Part shown: positions 36,831 to 49,185 of the stretch, piece by piece
Layout of the letters: each line of letters starts with the position of its first letter
Numbering within the stretch: position 1 is the first letter of the stretch
NCBI GenBank assembly: GCA_020137815.1
Contig: CM035357.1
Coordinates: 7,688,001-7,752,000, forward strand
DNA: 64,000 nt
Reading direction: 5' to 3'
Origin: Hormiphora californensis
Lineage: Eukaryota > Animalia > Ctenophora
Position numbers and translations under genes: made by a program
Notes under the pieces: generated by a model
Told to the model about the DNA's origin: nothing
Seen by the model: the letters and a program-made list of their open reading frames with translations, nothing else
The model's database searches: none

Positions 36831-37072
36831 CGAGACAATTGGAATTGGATTGAACTAATCAATATTGTGGTATTTATTATTAAATGCTAACTTATATAAA
36901 GACATTGTGTTAATCGTGTGTGTGTGAAGAAAGGGGAATCTAGATGGACCTTACAAACAAACGTTTTACATATGCAAATCGTAGAAAGTAAAATTATCAA
37001 TTCAAAATATAATGCTGTAATAAAATTAAACAAACAATTAAGTTTACATCTGTATTATATCAGTATTTTTAT

Positions 37073-40000
37073 TTAGTCTGACATCTCGATGATACTAATA
37101 GTACTATCACTATCACTACCACTTATAATAGTAGCCGGTACAGGCCGTTTCCTCTCCCTCTTCAATTCTCTTCTAGGACTATTTGGTGTGACCTTGATAA
37201 CTCGTCTTGTATCAACCCTTCTTATACCACCCCTCTTTTTCACGGGACCTTCAATACTTGTTTGTTGCTGCTCAGTTACAGCAGAGAGAGTATTGCTCAG
37301 CTTTATGACTGCTGGGTTGGGTTTCTGTCGGCTCAAACTTCTTCTATCAGCTGAAATAGAGGCGCTGTGTAATTTACACGGTGTACAACTGTGTTAAAAC
37401 CCAGATAACCCAGTTATGCTAAAACTATGATCCCACTAATATTCCACTCACTGTGTTGGGAGGGAAGGTCATCAGACACTCTACTGGCAATGGTGTTTCG
37501 TCTACTTGATCTTAATAACACCACACTAGCTTTCTTGGGGGTTAGTTTTAGCTTCTTTCTGGGTGACAGCCACTGATCTAGTCCACACTTTTTGGGAGAG
37601 GCAACAAGGGGTGGCTTCTTAGCGGCAGACTCCTTTTGTTTGACAGGTAGTAGAACAGGTTGTACTTCAGAGTTCTGAGCTACTTCCTCACTTTGCTTCT
37701 TCTTCTTCTTCTCAGCAAGTCGTTCCTTTCTCCCTGGTTTTGTTTTCTTGTTTTCTCCCTGCTGCTGGGGTTTATTAGATGGAACTGGTACCAACGGTTC
37801 ATCCAATGGAACCCTCTGATCAGCTAACTCCTCAGTTACACACAGATTACTAGGTTCAACTGGTGTAACGGTTGTTGCTGGAGGGTTGGGTTGTTTTACT
37901 GGAGAAAGACCGGTGAATTCAAGCAGTGCTAACCGCTCATTATAAGGAAGTGAGTTACCAGTAGTCTCAATATCCTGTGGAAATAGAGTTGTATTGTTCA
38001 AAATTTTACAATGGAAAACAAAACAAGAAAAAAACAGAAAAAGTATTATATGACATTGGTTACGTACACACACAAACACGCACACAAAAACAAAATCGAA
38101 AGTTACCGTTTCTGTTGCCATTGCCGTTGATTGTTTTGATGAATGAGCAATGACACTGTTGGTCTTCAAGAGATGTGTTGGGGTTGCTACGGGAGACGTT
38201 GATAGGTTCCTCATCCTTCTGTTAACCTGTGCACAGGGGATACTGTGTCCTGTAGAGAATGTGGTCCCCTCACTTGAACAGTTTCGAGAGGGTGTCTGGG
38301 TCCCTGTAGCATTAGTGGTACCAGTTTGTAACCAGCTGATGGTCTTGAATGGGGTCTGGGAGGCTGCAGTGGATCTGGTGTGGGGTGTCTGGGAGGCTGC
38401 AGTGGATCTGGAGTGGGGTGTCTGGGTCCCTGCTGTCAGGAATGTGGTCCTGTTCTGGGCTGGTTTGTTGATGAATATAGTGGGAGTTGAGGGGGCTACA
38501 GTTGTGGTAGGTTTAGTATTGCACTGTGGAGATATAACCGTTTCTAGCGGTACCTGCAAAACAATACTCATAGGATAATTGTTTGTTTGTTTGTTTGTTT
38601 TTTTGTGTGTTTGTTTGTTTGTTTGTTTGTTTGTTTGTTTGTTTGTTTGTTTGTTTGTTTGTTTGTTTGTTTGTTTGTTTGTTTGTTTATACCCACGTGT
38701 TGTGTAAATGACTCCACCTCCTGTAGTCTGATGGACAGATCAGCCCCTATTATGTATTCCATCTCCTGGCTAGGTCCATGGTATGCAGGGTAACCTCTGA
38801 AACTCTCCCACTGCCTTTCAAGCTCCGTCCTGAGGTGGGGGGGGGGGGTGTGTCATTATGTGGAGGAGAAAGGTGACTGGATTCATGGGGATAACTAATT
38901 TAGAGATGAGATGACTGGTTAGGTAGTTTGAGGGATTTAGAAGACCTGGATAGTTGAATATCGAACAGGTTCATATTCTATTCAGTGCATCTAGACAACT
39001 TGAAGCTGGGTAATCTACTGCTACTGGAGACTTTACAAATCATGTCCCCCTTTGTTTTGTTGTTCCTCTGTAGCAGTGTCTTTGCCAAAGAGGATTGGAG
39101 GGCGATTCTGGGGTATGAGGAGTGTCCGGCTGATAAGGCTAAATTAGAATCATGGACTAATGACATTCCCTGGTTTTTTGACGTTCTAGGACTAAATGTA
39201 GGTTTATACAACCTTTCTAATTTCCCATACCAATAATAAAACACCCGTTTATAATGATTAGCTAATCGACTTCTAATCTCTTGATCAGGAAAAGCCCAAA
39301 CCGCTGAAAGATATCTGCGAGGACATTGAATGCCCTAAAGTTAAGGAAAAGGAAAGTAAGAAGTGTGGTTATGCAACTCGAACTATACTCTCAGCGAACT
39401 GGGTAGGGACTGACATGAAGAACCTAGATGATGACTGGAGAAGTGACTTCACTGCTGCGTTCCGCCGCTTGTTTGAGTACATTAGAGGTGCTAATGAGGA
39501 GGAAGAGAAGATTAAAATGACGGTCCCTGTTCTGCATCGCTATGAGATGGAAGATGAGGATGATATAGACGAGGACAAAGTTGGGAAACTATACTTCTAC
39601 CTCCCTGAAAAGCACCAGATATCTCCCCCTAAACCAACAAACAAGGAAGTGTATATTGAGAAGTTGAAGGAGATGACAGTGGTCAGTAGGACATTTGGTG
39701 AGGTGGGAGCCATGGATAAAAGTGATTACGAGGAGCAGTTTGAGAAATTGTACGAAGTTGCCGCGGAGAAGGGAGGGCAAGATGTTGAGGAGGATGTGGG
39801 ATGGGTAGCGAGTTATACGAGACCTAGAATTGGAAGACAGAGACAAGAAGTGATGTTTGTTGTCAAAAACTGAGATATCTCAGCCAAGTTAATCTCACTT
39901 CTCAACAGTCGAATCAGATATGTTACGATAATGTCTACGTACCTGTATGTTTTGTAACATTTGTTGATTACACTCCGAATATCATCCAACAAACAATTCT

Positions 40001-40850
40001 GAACTTGACGAACCTTTTGTGCTACTGTGCCCTGGTTTCGCTGGGGGATAAAACACACATTAGCATCATCAGACATCGGGCCGATACTGTGAGATAGGGA
40101 CGGGCGTGGAGCTAGGCATTCTATAATTCCTTATTAAATTCTTCGTCAGTGTACATTCGACACGGATGTACAGTGTACTGCACCCATTTTGTCCGGTTAG
40201 ATTCAAAGTGTGTAATCACCTTGTTGGGATATTCCAGTATCGCTTTACACTTTTCGAGTTGTTTAAGCGTTGATTTTTCGAAGAATTCCCTGTCTTCTGC
40301 TTTCTGAGGAACATAGCAAAATTAAAATGTGTGGTTGACTCTAAGAAAATACAAACCTTGAAAGGATTAGCTATCAGTTCTTCATCAAAAAGCTCGTTCA
40401 TTGTTTTCTCCGTACGATCTCTTAGCAAGTACTGTGAACAAATGGTAGTTAGAGAGCGACAAAAGAGTAACCACAATAACAAAGAAATGTATATGCTTAC
40501 CAATACTTTAAGATTATTAATAACCAGGGAGAATTTGATGGCATTATCTGTGTAGCAAAGAGCAGAAAACCATAGTTTATCCAGTCGTAGTTTCGTGACA
40601 AACTGTCGTGCAAAAACAATTCTCGTGCTCACAGGAAGGTCCAACTCTAAAATATTATCATTTCAAACACTTCAATTTCGTAAATAAACCACTGTAACAA
40701 TAGAGTGATTGGCACGAAACAGAGTCTAACTAGGCAAGAGATTGGTTGATACCACATGTTGGAATTAATAGCTTAATTCTTACCAGTTAGTTTCTCGAAA
40801 GAAAGCAAGTGTCGGACTAGCAAGTGCTCTGCTATGCCATGTAAAATCAT
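37073..40850 (-). CDS. Uncharacterised multi-exon protein, copy 2
   Basis: Same exon chain as 29740-33494; ATG at 40850. Confidence 0.72.
39042..39873 (+). CDS. Secreted SOUL/HEBP-family protein, copy 2
   Basis: Exons 39042-39197 and 39289-39873; only a few amino-acid differences from copy 1. Confidence 0.93.
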
Positions 40851-41103
40851 TTAACAAGCTACAGGAAAACAGTTATGTAAAATAAATCTCCCAATTTAAG
40901 GCATTTCCTTGACGACAAAACGGGAATGGAGAAATTCAAAAAAAATGTTCTGCCCCTGTACTGGTTTTCGCAAAGTTGTTTCTGTGAGATCTCGAGTTCC
41001 TGATGAGATAAAGACTTAATCTCATATGCATTAGAAAGGTCTGAGAATTCTCTTTCCAATGCACCCATTATCAGGAACCGGAGATATCACTAGAGACGTG
41101 AAT

Positions 41104-41143
41104 TGGCAAACGTTGCTGGCCGGGATATGGCAGCGCTTTTCAA
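41104..41143 (+). mobile_element. 40-bp minimal TGGCA..CAA element
   Basis: Flanked by agacgtgaat / agacgtgaac (9/10 match). Confidence 0.7.
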
Positions 41144-41569
41144 AGACGTGAACAGTTTTCTGTTTTTTTCGCGACTTGAGATGAAAATTTATCGCCGCGC
41201 ATTTTGAATTCATAAAATATCTTACAAAGCTTACAAATGCGTCGCAATTAATGTAACGCGCGATCTTTTTCCAACCACAACGCTGCCCAAAATTCACTTT
41301 CTGAAGCCGCGCGCTGAAAAATTGTCGCGTCGAAAGATCGGAATCGTCCAAATTTTCACTTTTTTGACCCCCAAATCATCATTTTCTCCCTTTTCTAACA
41401 ACATTAAGCGTGTCCTGGACCCACTGGACACAGCCTACCTTCGCCACCGGTAGCATATGCCAATTAAAGTCGGTTTTTACAACTGTCTGTCTCAACAAAT
41501 AGAAACACGTTGGTTTACACGTTGGTTTACACGTTGGTCGTTGGTTCAACTGTCTGTCTCTTTTTACAA

Positions 41570-41845
41570 GGGTCACCACACACCAAAGTTAAAATTAAAA
41601 TTAAAATTTTGATTTTAAACCCGCACACACCAGCGGCCGTTAAATTTCTCTCCCCCATTCTAAAAGTAAAAATCTCGCGCGCGATTTTAACGGCGTGTTA
41701 AAATTTTGTCATCCAACGCGACCGTCAAAATCGTGCGTGAGATTGTTACTTTTAGAATGGGGAGAGAAATTTTAACGGCGGCTGGTGTGTGCGGGTTTAA
41801 AATCAAAATTTTAATTTTAATTTTAACTTTGGTGTGTGGTGACCC
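41570..41845. mobile_element. PIF/Harbinger-type palindromic MITE
   Basis: GGGTCACC..GGTGACCC, 3-bp TSD caa; empty site in the duplicate at ~36244. Confidence 0.88.
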
Positions 41846-41989
41846 CAATTTGCATTGGTTGGTTTGCCGTTTGCGCTGCAGTCCCCCAGTGACCAGTGTG
41901 CACGTTTTTGACGGCCGCTATCTAGAAGGTCTAGCCGTGCTGTAAGATATAACTCCGTTCCATATTAAGATGATAATATGAACTGAGCT

Positions 41990-44900
41990 ATGAAAGGGAA
42001 AAAAGAAAAGGCAACACCGGAGCAGAGGAATTTCAACACGGCCTACTTTTCTCCAAATCCTACTGGTGGGATGCCTTACGGGATGTCTCAAAACATTGTG
42101 AGTCCCATCACAGTAGCCCTGATCTGTGAGATAGGTTGATGAGATATAACTATTTTATTGTTCTAACACACTTTACAAAGGGGTGGTGAGAGAAGGTCGG
42201 ACAATGAAACCCTTGTTGTAATGTATAATGCTTTCAGGTGGAGGTGTGTATTAGGGGACAAGTGAGAAGATTGGACATCAACGAATCCCTGGCAATAAAA
42301 CACAAGAAAAGTGATGTCAAGGAGTTTCCCAGGCTTCCCATTCCCAGCTCCCTGCCAAAACCTCAGTTTCGGATCAAGCAGGCGTACAATAAAAGTATTG
42401 CACCGAAGAGAGCGGCTAGCTACTTCAGATATATCGAGAAAAGTGCAGAGGATCTGGATCAGGAGGTAAAACAATGTTGTTGTTGTTAGATTTGCCAGGT
42501 CTTATATCATCTTGTCAGTTGTCAAAGCATGATACCCAAGCTGTTTCAATAGCCCCATTCCTACTAATTGTTATAGAAAGTAAAGTCGAGTTTTTTAATC
42601 AAGGGACAGGGGCCCGCGCATTCAGAGAGGTCGTGCGGCGTTGTATTTGCGTGTGACAATCGAGATCAAGTTCCTGGTAATCTTAAGACTTCAACCCGGA
42701 AGCGTTGGAAAGATAATTTTAAGACCTTTTCAACGCAACCAAAAGCAAGTCTTTATCTTATCAGGAACAGGAGATATGAGCGAAAACGTTTAGCACGCGC
42801 AAAAAGACTTTGTAAATGCGCGGCCCCCTGTCCCTTGATTAAAAAATTCGACTATAGTGTGAGCGGCCCAATAATTTCACTCAACAACATTCCTTTCAGA
42901 TTAAGCAGCACTCAATACATTATTACCTTTCAGATTGAGTATCACTCAATAACTTTCTCAGTGTGATCTTCACTAATATTATCATCTCAGATTGAGTATG
43001 ATATGGATGAGGAGGATTACGCCTGGTTGGGGATAATGAACGAGAGAAGACAGGAGAGACACCATAGTAAAGTGCCATGTGAAGTGTTCGAACAACTCAT
43101 GGACAGGTGGGAGTTAAAGAGAGTTAGAGAGTTGCCATGACAGTGACACAATCACCCTCTGGGATCCCGTTACTACTCGGCAATGTGATCATTGTTACAC
43201 CGCCCACCATCTTCTTTCATTTCACACAACCAGCAACCTCCCTCTCTTCTAGGTTTGAGAAAGAGAGTTATTTTGAGTCCCAGACCTCAGGAAGCGCCTA
43301 CGACCCTCTGATAGATGAGGATGCAGTGTGCTGTATTTGTATGGATGGGGAGTGTAGCAACAGGTAAATAGAGTATTGTTTTTCTACATCTCCCTCGATT
43401 CTTCCAGTTTATGGTTAATCTAGTTTTAGGATTTCAAATTTCAATTATTATGTCCTCCAACGACCAACCCCTCCTCTCTAACACCCCCCCCCCCCCAGTA
43501 ACGTGATTCTGTTCTGTGACATGTGTAACCTGGCAGTACATCAGGATTGTTATGGAGTCCCCTTTATACCGGAGGGGCAGTGGCACTGCAGAAGATGTCT
43601 CAATAGCCCCTCTAAACCAGTCGACTGTGTACTGTGTCCCTCCAAAGCAGGTACAGCTGTGTTCCTTGTCTATCTACCTTGCCTCCTGACTGTTTCTCTC
43701 TTGAAAAAGAGATCTGAAACCGTTCATAGAAATGAGAAATCTCATTAAATGATAATCTAAGCCCCAGAAGTAACAACTAATTTATAACATCGGGCCCTTC
43801 ACAGGTGCATTTAAACAGACGGATTGTAACAGATGGGTCCATGTGTTATGTGCACTGTGGGTACCTGAGGTCCACTTTTCTAATCCCGTGTTCTTGGAAC
43901 CAATCGATTCAATCAATGAGATACCTGCTGCAAGGTACCTTTTAAATGAAGCCATACATTTCCACTCCTTTTACTGGGGAAATTTTATTTTCAATTCTGA
44001 ATAAAATCTTGGAGAGGAGGTTACCCTAATCCTTTCCAGGTGGAAGCTAGCTTGCTACATCTGTAGAAGGAAGGAGGGGGCGTGTATACAGTGTGTCAAA
44101 ACTAACTGTTACACCGCTTTCCATGTAACATGTGCCCAACAGGCTGGATTACACATGAAAATAGAGACATATCAGGTACACACCCTTCAGGGGGTTTTGT
44201 AAACATCTCTAAAGACAGATTACTAAGTAGAGATATCTTGGCATTCTTGTGATTCCATTACGCCTTGTTTGTGTAAATTGTTGTGAGTTTTTTAAAGCAA
44301 GGATCCAAATCAAACACCTCACTTGATGTCACCCCTCTTTGCAGGATGAGGGAGGTAGCAGTACGGTAAAGAACGTGGCATATTGTGACATCCACACCCC
44401 AGTTGGGAGTGATGTAACACCCCTTATCAAGAGAGTCACTGAGGAATCTGATGTGGTAAGAGTTGTGGTGTTAGGCTAAGGTAGCTTTATACCATCTTGC
44501 TGGTGGTCGGTGGACAACGTTATTTCTCCTACATAGTATTCAGTTAAACAACAGCCCCATCTGCAACCCACTAAATAATACCCCTGCTACCCAGCTAATT
44601 TTCACTAACCCTCTGTTTCCCAGGAGGATGGTCCCAAGAAGCGAGGAAGGAAGGGAATACTACTGGACAAGAAGTTACAGCAGCGGTTAAAGAAGAAGTT
44701 TACTAGCGAACCTGGTGCTAATGCCCCTGTTGTTAACATACCATACATTAAACAGGTACAGTGTTGTAAGTGTTCATGTCTTTTGGCTGACATTTTTACA
44801 GCTGCTAATGTTTTATAAGCATTTTATAATACAGTCTACAGTTTTATAACTAGATACGATTCACTGTTTCACAAATTACACTGACTCCCAATTCCCCAGG

Positions 44901-47900
44901 ATAAAATGGATGCTATTCTAAGTCTGGTAGACATCTCCGACAAAGAGGAGTTCTTCGAGCGGCTAAAGGCGTACTGGACACTAAAGAGGCAGGCCCGTAA
45001 TGGGGTGCCCTTGTTAAGGAGACTCCAGGTCTGCCACACTAGAACCACAGTCCTGTCTGAGGAAGACCAGGTGGATAAGGAGGAGATAGTAAAGTGTCAG
45101 AGGCTCAGACACGATCTGGAGAGGGCGAGGTTGCTAGTGGAATTGATCAGGAAGAGAGAGAAGAAGAAGAAGGAACAGGTAGCTATAGTGGGTGTGTAAT
45201 TGTACAGTCATGTTAATTGTTAGCTAGAGAGAAATGGTCTCTTGTGTTTTTCATCTCTAGTAGTTGGGTAAACAGTAAACACACACGCACAATGCACATT
45301 GAGCAACCCCCTCTACTATAAATCTAGTAGTTGGGCCTCTTCTACTTATTATCCAATAGGTGCTCCTTTCCCTAGTCAGACTCAGTGTAAACAACACAAT
45401 CACTACTAATATATAGCCCCCTCAGTTGAAGGTAGCCCAGCAGCTGCTAGAAATGGAGTTGTGTCCTCTTTCTTTTATCCTCAACAGAACTCTAGATAAC
45501 CTCCTGACACGGGATTCTGATGAACTCTTCCACGAACCTGTTGACACTGAGGAGGTATTGTATTAACATTTTAACCCACCCTCCATGCACGACCCTTTTT
45601 ATAACATTGTTATAGCCCACCTGCAGCCTGCACCCTGTTTATAACATTGTTATAACCCACCCACCCTGTTTATAACATTGTTATAACCCACCCACCCTGT
45701 TTATAACATTGTTATAACCCTTGTTATCAATGGTTTGATAGTGGTCTGGCTAAACAGGGTGCCCCCCATCCCAGGTAGAGGGATATCTAGATGTCATCCC
45801 TGAACCCATGGATCTCTCAACAATGCGACAAAAAGTTGAGATGTTGGAGTATACCTCCTTCGAGCAATTCAAGTTGGATTTCCATCTAGTTATTAATAAC
45901 TGTACTACATTTAACAAGACGGGCAGTGCTTATTACAAATACGCAGAGAGATATAGAGATAGCTGCCGGACTGTCCTAAACAGGTACCACAATGATACCA
46001 TCTGTCTAACTCATTTGAGCAACTGTGTCACACTTGTTGTGATCCATATCAGCATAACAAACTCATTCTCACTCCAACTAGATGTAAACAGACGATAGAG
46101 AATTCCCCTATCGACTGGGAGACTCTAACTCTAATAAAGGAAGGAGAGAAAACCCTGGAAGAGCAGTTAGAGACTGTCAGTCAGAAAGTCACTGAAGCAA
46201 AGAGTATTGCAAATTGGAGTGCCCGGAAATCTAAAATTAAACAGGTAAATATCATAGGTTCGGCTTGTGTGATAACTGAAAAGTACAACGAGCACACTAA
46301 GGGTGGTCCATAAATTGCACATATATACATATTGGTAATACTACCATGGTGTTGGTGATGAGCGTGACAGGATCAGTGTGTTTAACACCTTGGTGGCTGA
46401 CTGCGGTTTATTATCACCCCCCCCCCCCTGCAGCTACGAAGGGAGATCAAGCGGATAAAACAGCTGCAGTTGAGGAGTGAGGAGGAGGTTAGAAGCAACA
46501 CTGATTCCTCAACTACTACTAGTGGGGAACACAGTAAGTAGAACATCTAGTTAGACGTTTTCATAGACCTCGGGAGGAGGAATTACAGAAAAGCTTGAAC
46601 TCCTCCTTTTGAGGGTCTAATTGAGAGAAAACTAACAGCGCCATTTCACAGAGGTATTATCGGAGGACTCTAAATCTACAACTACAGAGACTCCGTCAGC
46701 TGTTGCAGTGGAGGAAAAGGGTGGAGCTAAGAAGAAGATTAGTGATTATTTCTCTAAAGCTGATCCCAAAACACCGCAAGGTAGTTGTATGAGTATATTG
46801 TTTTGCTCCTAGAAGGTACTTGTAAAGTATAATATTGTGTCTTGGAAAAGTAATACCAACCACCCAACTCCTAACAACCTCTCTCTCTCTCTCTAGGTGC
46901 TGGTGGTGTTAGTAACACTAGTGGTGCCTCAGCTAGTGGGGGAGAGAGGAGAAAGAGGTCACACATTCATGACGAAATGAAACAAGAGGTAAGTCAAAAT
47001 TAAGACACAGTTAGTTTTTGTGAGACAGTTAATTTGTGTCTAATACCTACATTATGATATGGCCTTCCGATCCACTAAATATCTGTTTTGACTCAGATTG
47101 CGGACCTACTGAATACCAACCAGGAAACTCTAGGCAAGAAAATTCTCCGATTCCTAAAGCGACATGACATCCCCGAGAAGAGAATGGGTAGTGATATATG
47201 TATGGATGTTAGTCAGTTATCGGCCTTCCTAAACAACAAGTGTTCTCTAACTAACACCAATAGAGAGCTGATATATGGTTGGTTTGTGCAGCAGCGACGA
47301 ACCAGAGAACCAGAGCGGCTAACTGAGGACCATGATAGCTCTAACGGTTAGTTTGGAGAGAGTGGCATTCTTTGTTTAGTTCTGTTTGAAACATTGTTCA
47401 CTGAATGTTGTTCCCCCTGCCCAGAGAGTGAAGTAGAATCAGAGGTTGATATACCTGGTCTGCCTAAAGATGGTGATGAAGATGAAGCAGAAGAAGAAGA
47501 AGGTAGCTGTGAAGAGAAGGAAGATGAGGTAGAAGAAGAAGTGGAGGAAGAAGAGGATGATCTTCCTAAGACACCCCTCCCTTCTAGATCCTCATCTCGA
47601 ACACCTAAACCTAGACAGCTAGACCTCCCTGACCTATCTCCCACAAGAAAGAGGAAACGATCCTCAACCAGCACCAGACGACAATACCCTTCTAGTCGGT
47701 CATCTGTAGGGGACGACAATGTATCTGAAGAGGGACTGGTGAGTCGGGTCAAGAAATGGGAGGGGGGGGGGGGCTTTTTTACAGACTTTGGTAGCTGATT
47801 TGTGTGGGACAAGTTATGGCGCAATGTTCTCACTGACTGTACTGTAACGCGCCGGGTGTCGTGCTATAGATATATTGCGCAAATCTCTACACTCCCGCGC

Positions 47901-48691
47901 GCTCTACTGTCAATGGTTTGTTTTGGTTGAGAATTTGACAGTTTTTACCACCTCTGTCTCTCATCTAACACCCTCTCCTACTTCAGAGTACCTTGAAACC
48001 AATGGATGTAGTGTGGGCCAAATGTGCTGGATACCCGACCTATCCGGCTATAATTGTGGACCCTAGCACCGCCCCTGGTTATACACATCACGGTATACCA
48101 ATACCCAGCCCTCCTTCAGAGGTTCTACAACAGCAACCTGATAAGGGACATTCCTTCCTTGTACTGTTCTTTGATATACGCCGCACATGGTAAATATTCA
48201 GTCAACAGAAATTCTGAAATTATCTTTTTATCTCAATTTAATCTGGAACTGCCTTTGTTTATGTCGATGTCATATATCTACAATCTAACTCTGCTTTTCC
48301 AGGCAATGGCTGCCCCACCGTAAGCTTCAGCAACTGGGAGTTGATACTGAACTAGATAATGCCAAACTGGCTGAGGGGAAGAAAGGAAGCGGCAAGAAAG
48401 GGATAGCTGAGGCATTCAAACGAGCACAAGTCCACCTCAAAGTTGTAAATGGTAAGAATTTACACTTCTAGATCAAACAGATGAACCAATCATCAAAAAC
48501 CCCCTAGTCAACTCTGTCTGGTGTTCGCTCTAAATTCGATTCACATATTTGAGCTAGATACTACGGTACTGTCTAAGACCTGTTTTCATATTCCAGGACA
48601 ATCCTCGGAACAGGATAACGAGGAGGAGACCCCAGAAAGTGATACAATGGAGACAGAGGAGGAGACAGCAGCAGAACCCGAACAGAACTGA
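41990..48691 (+). CDS. BRPF1: BRPF/peregrin (BRPF1/BRD1/BRPF3 family) chromatin reader
   Basis: EYDMDEED (EPC-like), [35 protein letters not shown], Zn knuckle/PHD2 ([29 protein letters not shown]), [18 protein letters not shown], bromodomain (PMDLSTM..NCTTFN), PWWP-like [24 protein letters not shown]. Paralogue assignment not possible. Confidence 0.95.
42581..42856. mobile_element. TA-flanked MITE in a BRPF intron, related to 18236-19964
   Basis: TIR taaagtcgagttttttaatcaagggacagggg / cccctgtcccttgattaaaaaattcgacta. Confidence 0.8.
45597..45720. repeat. ~30-bp intronic minisatellite with palindromic core
   Basis: Units ccaccctgtttataacattgttataaccca. Confidence 0.8.
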
Positions 48692-49185
48692 GATAATTAA
48701 CAGACTGCTTCAGTGTGTTTTATAATTCTAATCACTTCATTGAATTGGTCCATGGATTGTTTCAGTAAAGCTCAAACCTTTTCGTTGGTCTGATTCTTTG
48801 ATATTTGTTGTTACAATTTAAGTTTCATGGGAAAGAAGTTGAGAGAAAAGAAATTTATTTGAGGTGTACTTATCAGAATCACATTGACACAATATTTCTG
48901 CACTTTATGTCATATTGCTATGATACAAGTTTATTGCATTTTACAACTGAAAATATGTTGTTTAGAATCGCTTGAACAGAGTGCTTGGCTTCGTAAAAAT
49001 TTCGAACAAAAATGATACGCGCAAAACTTGCGCCGCGCATAAGATGAGAATTTACGCGCGCTCGCGTGCTTCAGAAAAAAACGGTTTGAAAAATTTTGCG
49101 GCTTTTAAGTTTCGTGAAATATTTTTGGTCTCAGTGAGAAAAGACCACTTTCTGAAGTTTCTCCTTTCTTTCAGAAGCTTTAGCT

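Larger units (their letters stand above)
29270..42200. repeat. Tandem segmental duplication (unit 1 ~29270-36620, unit 2 ~36620-42200)
   Basis: 29350-33535 matches 36685-40890 and 35927-36590 matches 41177-42190; the units differ in transposon content; the junction is indel-rich. Confidence 0.9.

Noticed and set aside
42895-42990. Repeated cagatt(a/g)ag copies upstream of a BRPF acceptor
   Set aside because: Local tandem duplication of the acceptor region; upstream copies run into stops.
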